From Bacteroidales bacterium (lineage in GTDB: Bacteria; Bacteroidota; Bacteroidia; Bacteroidales; UBA1402): a stretch of 64,000 nucleotides of DNA. Positions 40,570 to 46,482 of this stretch are shown in pieces. Both the position numbers and the translations under genes were made by a program. The first letter of the stretch is position 1. Each line of letters opens with the position of its first letter. The DNA lies in assembly GCA_035719105.1 (NCBI GenBank), contig DASTGN010000003.1, positions 198,979-262,978 of the forward strand, in the 5' to 3' direction. A model generated the notes under the pieces. It ran no database searches. It was not told the origin of the DNA and was given only the letters and a program-made list of their open reading frames with translations.

Positions 40570-41868
40570 TTACTTGAAGTAGTAGGAAGCTCCCAACGAA
40601 AGCAATTCCTTGATTGGACGGCAATCTGGAGAAGCTACCGAGCCGTTTTTATTCTTGGCAACCGACGCACAACCTCCTCCGCATGCCAACGCCAACGAAC
40701 AGTCCTTGCATTCCAAAATGGAAGTGATGTCCCTGTCCTGCCACGCTTCCACCGCTTCGGTGTTCAGCGTAACGGTCGGATAAAAAGTGCCCAGTTCCTC
40801 CCCTTGTTTCCCGACGGTTGCCGTGCAGGAATAAATGGTGCCGGTATAGTCAAACGCCCATTCCGTCTTGCAAGCAGGACAAGAATCGAACAAAGGTTGT
40901 GGTAGCTCGTCGTTCTCAGAGATGAATTTGGCAATGGAGAACGCAGGTTTGTAGAATTCGGCAATGTAGGGATGTTCTTTCAGCAGTTCATACATCGCAC
41001 CGTAAAGCGAAGCACGGTCGTACAACCGGTCTGGCGTGCTGTTGCAATGGTGAAGCTCGTAATTTCGACCAATTTGCGTCTTGAAAATTGGATTCGACGT
41101 CCAGCCTTTATCGATGGCAAAACGCGACAAGGCAGGCAGGTTGCTCAGGTTGTCCTTATCGGCCACCATCCTCAAATTCACGGAGATACCAGCTTTCAGG
41201 CTAGCATCGATGCCCTCTACGATTCTTTTGAAAGTAGGCTGCTTGCCAAGCAGGTACCGACGCGCATCGTGCACTTCTTCGGTGCCGTCCAGCGTTACTT
41301 GAACCTCCCGAATTCGGTGCTTCGACAACAAATCCAGGTACGAAGCCAACGTATAGCCGTTGGTTACAAAAGCCACTTCCAAACCAGCTTCCGTAGCTTT
41401 GTTCAAAAAATGCGTCAGCAAAAGACGCTGATTTTTACCGGGCAGCAAGGGTTCACCGCCAAAAACGGTCACATATTTACGTTTACCAGCAAAATGCACC
41501 TTCACATAATCGAAAAAGGAATCGATCACCTCGGTCGAAAGCACCTGTTTCACAGGCTCATAGCCTTCTTGATAACAATACGTGCAGGCAAAATTGCAGG
41601 AATAATTGGGCACAAAAAACAACTGGACCTCGTCTAATTCGCGGCGATCCAAAAAATCCAGATACGCATTCCGAAACGCAGATTGCTCGTCGAATTCCTG
41701 TGTCAGATAGCCTTTTTCGGCAAACGCACCTTCGGGATCGATTTCCTTAAGGTATCGATCTCTCTCCGTTTTCGAAATCAAGTCGGCACTGCCGTACAAT
41801 GGATTGACGATGAGAAACTCCCCCGGGGCATCCGCCACTGGAGCAACAATATTGTGTTTGGATTTCAT
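40570..41868 (-). CDS. radical SAM/SPASM-domain enzyme (peptide-maturase-like)
   Basis: 432 aa. CNFACTYC (CxxxCxxC) follows an N-terminal extension of about 85 aa. The C-terminal auxiliary-cluster motifs are CPACKTEW...SCTA and CKDCSLALACGGGC. Confidence 0.85.
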   Translation of the reverse strand: MKSKHNIVAPVADAPGEFLIVNPLYGSADLISKTERDRYLKEIDPEGAFAEKGYLTQEFDEQSAFRNAYLDFLDRRELDEVQLFFVPNYSCNFACTYCYQEGYEPVKQVLSTEVIDSFFDYVKVHFAGKRKYVTVFGGEPLLPGKNQRLLLTHFLNKATEAGLEVAFVTNGYTLASYLDLLSKHRIREVQVTLDGTEEVHDARRYLLGKQPTFKRIVEGIDASLKAGISVNLRMVADKDNLSNLPALSRFAIDKGWTSNPIFKTQIGRNYELHHCNSTPDRLYDRASLYGAMYELLKEHPYIAEFYKPAFSIAKFISENDELPQPLFDSCPACKTEWAFDYTGTIYSCTATVGKQGEELGTFYPTVTLNTEAVEAWQDRDITSILECKDCSLALACGGGCASVAKNKNGSVASPDCRPIKELLSLGASYYFK

Positions 41869-41890
41869 AAGCTAACTATTTGATTTTAAA

Positions 41891-41929
41891 AGGGCTGCGT
41901 CCATATGAATTCCATACCGACACAGCCCT
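41891..41929 (-). terminator. long imperfect hairpin between the small Cys-rich ORF and the radical SAM gene (partial terminator or attenuator candidate)
   Basis: AGGGCTGCGTCCATATG-aattc-CATACCGACACAGCCCT forms 14 of 17 pairs. On the minus strand it is followed by TTTAAAAT. Confidence 0.5.
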
Positions 41930-41940
41930 AAAATCCATGC

Positions 41941-42048
41941 TCAGTCGTGACAACCAGCAATGGTCACGGAAACCTTGGCACAGCATTGTGCCACTTTTTT
42001 CGTGGATTTGCCGCTGTTACAGCAGCTTTTCTTAACTAAACTTTTCAT
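41941..42048 (-). CDS. unannotated 35-aa Lys/Cys-rich peptide MKSLVKKSCCNSGKSTKKVAQCCAKVSVTIAGCHD (candidate substrate of the adjacent radical SAM/SPASM enzyme)
   Basis: ATG (42048-42046) to TGA (41943-41941) read by hand on the minus strand. It is too short for the ORF track. It lies 72 nt upstream of the rSAM gene and 74 nt downstream of the methyltransferase gene on the same strand, and contains 5 Cys in the pattern CC-x11-CC-x9-C. Confidence 0.5.
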   Translation of the reverse strand: MKSLVKKSCCNSGKSTKKVAQCCAKVSVTIAGCHD

Positions 42049-42122
42049 CAGAAAGTGAATTTAGTACGGTTCGGTTCGCATGTAAACCAAAACCAACGAT
42101 GAACGAACATGCTCGTTTTAAT

Positions 42123-42773
42123 TTAGCAACAACAACAGCCAGTCGACCGTTTTACGCCAGAAATGGTGAAACTGCAGACTTCGGCCTTCCCTTTTGCATA
42201 AGGTTGCGATTCTTCCAAAATACGGATTTCTTTGAATCCGGCTGTCAACAGCATTTGCAGGTATTCGGGCTTGGTAACCGAACCAGCCCAGCATTCAGCC
42301 ACTGCTTCAGGATCGTTTCGGTACTCCTCGGGAATGGGCTGCGTGGCGTAAATATCGCTCACCACGAACCGCCCACCCGTACGCAAAATACGGAACACTT
42401 CGTTCCAAACTCCCTGTTTATCAGCGCTGTGATTGATAGTACAATTGGAAATAACCAAATCGACCGTTCCATCTTGCAAAGGTAGATGTTCGAGTTCAGC
42501 CTTGAGGATGGTGGCATTGGTAATCGCGAACTTTTCGAGATTCGCCTTGGCTTTGGCCACCATGCCCTCAGACAGATCAATGCCATAAACATGGCCCTTG
42601 GGACCGACCTTTTCAGCCAGTCGCATCACGTCGTTGCCTCTGCCGCTGCCTAAATCCACACAAACATCCCCCAACAGAGCCTCTGCATGAAATACAGCAC
42701 CCCCACAGGACAAACAGCAGGAATCATCCTTGCTTAAAAGCGTATAACGTTGATTGATAGCTTCGTTCGACAT
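42123..42773 (-). CDS. ArsM-like SAM-dependent methyltransferase with a C-terminal CCCC tail
   Basis: The start is MSNEAINQRY (ATG at 42773). The N-terminal Cys cluster is DDSCCLSCGG and SAM motif I is VDLGSGRGNDV. The sequences VISNCTINH and ECWAGS resemble the conserved ArsM cysteines. The protein ends in KRSTGCCCC. Confidence 0.75.
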   Translation of the reverse strand: MSNEAINQRYTLLSKDDSCCLSCGGAVFHAEALLGDVCVDLGSGRGNDVMRLAEKVGPKGHVYGIDLSEGMVAKAKANLEKFAITNATILKAELEHLPLQDGTVDLVISNCTINHSADKQGVWNEVFRILRTGGRFVVSDIYATQPIPEEYRNDPEAVAECWAGSVTKPEYLQMLLTAGFKEIRILEESQPYAKGKAEVCSFTISGVKRSTGCCCC

Positions 42774-42774
42774 A

Positions 42775-43014
42775 TTATTCGGGAATTTCGTCTGTGTCGG
42801 ACGGTTTATTGGCAACCGGCTTCTTCTCAAAGGTATTAAATAATAGTCCACCGACCAATACCCCCCAAATGGAACTCATGATTGGGTTGGAAGTAATGGG
42901 ACATGTACCGCTGGTACAACCCACAAAATGATAATATAAATAGCCACCGACGCCACCCAGAATACCTCCAAGAATGGTCAAACGATGCTTTCGCAAATAA
43001 ATCGGACACTGCAT
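42775..43014 (-). CDS. small two-TM membrane protein with a CxxxC motif (DUF6132-like)
   Basis: The sequence is MQCPIYLRKHRLTILGGILGGVGGYLYYHFVGCTSGTCPITSNP...VLVGGLLFNTF. The stop is 1 nt from the methyltransferase ATG. The start could instead be at 43044. Confidence 0.55.
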   Translation of the reverse strand: MQCPIYLRKHRLTILGGILGGVGGYLYYHFVGCTSGTCPITSNPIMSSIWGVLVGGLLFNTFEKKPVANKPSDTDEIPE

Positions 43015-43084
43015 AATGCTATAAATTAGTTGATTTTCAAACAAATATTATCTACTAAGAATATTTTCCTATTGAAATTATTTG

Positions 43085-43092
43085 CAAATATA
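43085..43092 (-). promoter_or_regulatory. Bacteroidota -7 promoter box for the minus-strand Cys-rich cluster
   Basis: The reverse complement is TATATTTG. It lies 41 nt upstream of the 43044 start and 71 nt upstream of the 43014 start. Confidence 0.4.
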
Positions 43093-43135
43093 AACATATT
43101 TTTGATTCGTACATACAATCTTACACAATTTTTGT

Positions 43136-43143
43136 TATTTTTG
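43136..43143 (+). promoter_or_regulatory. Bacteroidota -7 promoter box upstream of the HU gene
   Basis: TATTTTTG lies 58 nt before the ATG at 43201. Confidence 0.4.
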
Positions 43144-43200
43144 CTATTATGGATATTGTCTTTCTAGGTTCTTATTAATGTACCCGTTAAAAAAACAACC

Positions 43201-43473
43201 ATGAACAAAGCCAGTTTAATCAGCCTCGTTTCTGAAATGAGCGACATGAGCAAATCCGACGTGAAAAAAGTGCTTGAAGCTACCGTAGCAGCACTAAACA
43301 AAGGCCTGTCAAAAGGCGAAAAAGTATTGCTTACCGGATTTGGATCATTCAACGTGGTGGAACGCGCACCCAGGGTAGGCATCAACCCGAAAACCCTGAA
43401 ACCCATGAACATCCCCGCCAAAAAATTTGTAAAATTCGTACCCGGGAAGGACATCACGAGTAGCATTCATTGA
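43201..43473 (+). CDS. hup: HU-family DNA-binding protein
   Basis: 90 aa with the HU signature LTGFGSFNVVERAPRVGINPKT. Confidence 0.9.
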   Translation: MNKASLISLVSEMSDMSKSDVKKVLEATVAALNKGLSKGEKVLLTGFGSFNVVERAPRVGINPKTLKPMNIPAKKFVKFVPGKDITSSIH

Positions 43474-43515
43474 TGCTGCAGACTCTCGTTCTAAGTCTCA
43501 GCGTTCAATTCCGCC

Positions 43516-44427
43516 ATGAATCAAAATCCAGTTTGTAAACTCTTCAACATCCAGTACCCCATCATCCAGGGCGGAATGGTTTGGTGTAGCGGTTGGCGCC
43601 TCGCTTCAGCAGTAAGCAACGCCGGTGGGCTCGGACTCATCGGCGCCGGCTCCATGCATCCCGAAGTGCTACGCGAACACATCCAAAAGTGCCGTGCCGC
43701 CACTTCAAAACCCTTCGGTGTCAATATCCCCTTGATGTACCCACAAATCCAGGACATCATGCAAATCGTTGTAGATGAGCACGTCCCCATCGTCTTCACC
43801 TCTGCAGGCGGCCCCAAAACCTGGACCCCATTTTTACACGAACACGGCATTTTAGTCGCTCACGTCGTTTCAAACACCCTTTTTGCCCGCAAAAGCGCCG
43901 AAGCCGGCGTCGACGCCATCGTAGCCGAAGGCTTTGAAGCAGGCGGTCACAACGGCCGCGAAGAAACGACCACCTTCTGCCTCATACCCCTAGTGCGCCA
44001 AGCCACCACCCTACCCCTTATCGCAGCAGGCGGCATTTCCTCTCGCCCCAGCTATCAAGCCGCCTTTATTCTCGGCGCAGACGCCGTTCAAATGGGAACC
44101 CGCTTCGCTTTGAGCACCGAAAGCTCCGCCCACCCTCTCTTCAAGGCTCGCTGCCGTTCATTAAACGAAGGCGACACCAAACTCCTACTTAAAAAGCTAG
44201 CACCCACCCGATTAGTCGATAATCCATTTTCACAAACCGTCTTGGAAGCCGAAAATCGCGGTGCCTCACCCGAGGAACTCCGCTCTCTCCTTGGTCACGG
44301 CCGCCCCAAACTCGGTATTTTCGAAGGCAACCTCACCGATGGCGAACTGGAGATTGGCCAGTCTGCCGGCTCCATTCGTCACGAAGAAACAGTTGCCGAA
44401 ATCTTTGCTGATTTACTTCTACAGTAG
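43516..44427 (+). CDS. nitronate monooxygenase / FabK-like FMN oxidoreductase
   Basis: The NMO pattern is IQGGMVW, GVNIPL, AEGFEAGGH and AAGGI, with MGTRF also present. Confidence 0.82.
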   Translation: MNQNPVCKLFNIQYPIIQGGMVWCSGWRLASAVSNAGGLGLIGAGSMHPEVLREHIQKCRAATSKPFGVNIPLMYPQIQDIMQIVVDEHVPIVFTSAGGPKTWTPFLHEHGILVAHVVSNTLFARKSAEAGVDAIVAEGFEAGGHNGREETTTFCLIPLVRQATTLPLIAAGGISSRPSYQAAFILGADAVQMGTRFALSTESSAHPLFKARCRSLNEGDTKLLLKKLAPTRLVDNPFSQTVLEAENRGASPEELRSLLGHGRPKLGIFEGNLTDGELEIGQSAGSIRHEETVAEIFADLLLQ

Positions 44428-45237
44428 TAACGATAATTTGCTTTTCTCTTGTTTCCTTTCTGCATTTTTGAAAATTGGCCCTTAGCCGTTAGATCCAGAT
44501 ACTTTGATCCATTTTCTGCAACCTCCACGCTAAGAGCTACGCCCAGAATCCTTTTGCCTGCGACCCTTTATTTGCAGAACTTCTTTATACTGTGTCTGCC
44601 TATTACAAAAGTGAGATTTTTATTATCGCCATCAGGAGGGCAATTTTGCCGCTCTTTTCGCTACTGGAGTAACGATAATATGCCTTTCCATTGCTTCGTT
44701 TCTGTGTTTTTAAAAACATCCCTCATTCACTTAACTGCGACCCAAAATTTGCAGAACTTCTTTATACTGTGTCTGCCTATTACAAAAGTGAGATTTTTAT
44801 TATCGCCATCAGGAGGGCAATTTTGCCGACCTTTTCGCTACTGGAGTAACGATAATATGCCTTTCCATTGCTTCGTTTCTGTGTTTTTAAAAACACATCC
44901 TTCATTCACTTAACTGCGACCCAAAACTTGCAAAACTTCGTTTGCGCAGTCTGCCTATACAAAAGTGAGATTTTTATTATCTCTATCAGGGTAGCAATTT
45001 TGCCGCTCTTTTCGCTACTGGAGTAACGATAATATGCCTTTCCATTGCTTCGTTTCTGTGTTTTTAAAAACACATCCTTCATCCATTAAACTGCGACCCA
45101 AAACTTGCAAAACTTCGTTTGCGCAGTCTGCCTATACAAAAGTGAGAATTTTATTATCACTATCAGGGTAGCAATTCAAATTATCGCTACCAGGAGGGCG
45201 ATTTTGCCGCCCTTTTCGCTACTGGGGAAACGATAAT
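44419..45237. repeat. tandem array of a 177-bp unit (unit lengths 242/177/177/204 bp), each unit ending in AACGATAAT
   Basis: The anchor CTAC(T/A)G(G/T)AGTAACGATAAT starts at 44419, 44661, 44838, 45015 and 45219. The first copy contains the NMO gene stop codon. Each full unit carries the 16-bp palindrome GTGTTTTTAAAAACAC (44881 and 45058; a degenerate copy at 44704) and a ~58-nt element with ATTATCG...CGATAAT ends. Confidence 0.9.
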
Positions 45238-45250
45238 AGGATTTTACTTT

Positions 45251-45450
45251 TTAGGGTTGGTGGATGTGGTTGGAGGTGGTTATGAGTATTTGGAGGTGGT
45301 TATGAGTATTTGGAGGTAGTTATTAGTAGTTGGAGGTAGTTATGAGTAGTTGGAGGTAGTTTTGAGTAGTTGGAGGTAGTTTTGAGTAATTGGAGGTGAT
45401 TATGGGTAGTTGGAGGTAGTTATGAGTCTTTGGAGGTAGTTGGGAGCGGT
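45251..45450. repeat. tandem 20-bp repeat, about 10 copies (TGGAGGTRGTTATGAGTAKT), iteron-like
   Basis: Copies start at exactly 20-bp spacing from 45271 to 45431, with a degenerate copy at 45251. The plus strand is almost free of C. Confidence 0.9.
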
Positions 45451-45594
45451 TAGTTTAATTAGTTCAAAATTGATTCTGAGAAAAATTGGGAAGTATTCAG
45501 AAAAGTGTGTCAGCCCTAATTCCTAAAGCAATTCAAATTACCGTTACCAGAATAGCAGTTAAAATTGCCCTAAATGTAGTAGAAATAGTAGTAT

Positions 45595-45631
45595 AAGAAG
45601 AAGAAGAAGAAGAAGTATAAGTAGTAGTAGT
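45595..45631. repeat. trinucleotide microsatellites (AAG)7 then (GTA)3-4
   Basis: The sequence aagaagaagaagaagaagaagtataagtagtagtag was read directly. Confidence 0.85.
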
Positions 45632-45635
45632 TCAT

Positions 45636-45748
45636 ATTATCGCTATCAGGGTAGCAATTCAAATTATCGCTATCAGGGTAGCAATTCAAATTACTGCTAT
45701 CAGGTGGGCGATTTTGCCGCTCTTTTCGCTACTAAAGTAACGATAATA
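45636..45748. repeat. 27-bp repeat x3 (ATTATCGCTATCAGGGTAGCAATTCAA) plus terminal GCCGCTCTTTTCGCTACTAAAGTAACGATAAT motif
   Basis: Units start at 45636, 45663 and 45690. The block is related to the internal element of the 177-bp units and ends in AACGATAAT at 45739-45747. Confidence 0.88.
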
Positions 45749-45764
45749 AAAAACCACTAAAAAC

Positions 45765-46010
45765 AAGGTTAGTTAAGACACGAAAGGGTGAGTTAAGACA
45801 CGAAAGGGTGAGTTATGCCACGAAAGGGCAAGCTGAGCAAAGGCAAGCCACGAAAGGGTGAGTCACATTACGAAAGGGCAAGTCAAACCACTCAATGCCA
45901 TACAAAGAAAATCAAACCGAAGCTACGCAAGCCGAAGCCACCAAAGCCGAAGGTACGCAAGCCGAAGCCACGAAAGCCGAAGCCACGCAAAATGAAATGA
46001 AATGAAACGA
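45765..46010. repeat. short tandem repeats: CGAAAGGGTGAGTTAAGACA (20-bp spacing, one 30-bp) x5, then a ~30-bp ACGCAAGCCGAAGCCACNAAAGCCGAAG unit x2-3
   Basis: CGAAAGGG occurs at 45781, 45801, 45821, 45851 and 45871. GCCGAAGCCA occurs at 45931 and 45961. The track ORF 45815-46000 is a translation of these repeats. Confidence 0.85.
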
Positions 46011-46039
46011 AACCAAGCAAGCCGAGTCAAAGGAAAAAA

Positions 46040-46432
46040 CTAAAGCAAATCCGCTGCTCCAAGCGGCTCATACGGCCCATCCTTGCATTCGAAAATGGTG
46101 CTGCCAGGCTCCAGCACTTCGATGTTGTGCCATTGGCCTGCGGGGATGTTGACGCCATAAAGGCCTTGCAGGGGGTCCAGGATCAGGTCTTCTGAGACGG
46201 TGCCATCGGCGTTGTAAAACAGGACACGGATGCGGCCGCGGAGGAGGACATAGGTTTCTTGAGTGGCGGGGTGGCGGTGGATGGGCAATAGAGTGCCGGG
46301 TTCCAGGGCGTTAAGCATGCGTTGAGAGGGGGAATCGGCGCTGGAATGGAAATTGAAATTCATGCGAAGGCGAGACGAGAGTTTGGCTTCATCCGAGATT
46401 CGATCTAACAAAGCATTATCGATGACTTGCAT
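46040..46432 (-). CDS. WbuC-family cupin-fold protein
   Basis: The start is MQVIDNALLDRISDEAKLSSRLR (ATG at 46432). The cupin motifs are LLPIHRHPATQETYVLLRG and GQWHNIE. Confidence 0.72.
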   Translation of the reverse strand: MQVIDNALLDRISDEAKLSSRLRMNFNFHSSADSPSQRMLNALEPGTLLPIHRHPATQETYVLLRGRIRVLFYNADGTVSEDLILDPLQGLYGVNIPAGQWHNIEVLEPGSTIFECKDGPYEPLGAADLL

Positions 46433-46482
46433 ATATAAAGGTATTAATGTGAACCAACGAGAACCAACGGGAACCACGTGAA

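Noticed and set aside
41876-41938. A second tiny ORF (MDFRAVSVWNSYGRSPFKIK, 20 aa) between the Cys-rich ORF and the radical SAM gene.
   Set aside because: It is made almost entirely of the two arms of the hairpin and contains no Cys. It is more economically explained as RNA structure.
44419-45237. A possible CRISPR array.
   Set aside because: The units are 177 bp and near-identical end to end. There is no alternation of short repeats with unique spacers, and no cas genes are in the window.
44449-46000. Track ORFs 44449-44913 (154 aa) and 45815-46000 (61 aa) inside the repeat block.
   Set aside because: Their sequences simply repeat with the DNA period (FFILCLPITKVRFLLSPSGGQFCR x2; KPKPRKPKP...). 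They have no start context or domains, so I treat them as non-coding repeats.
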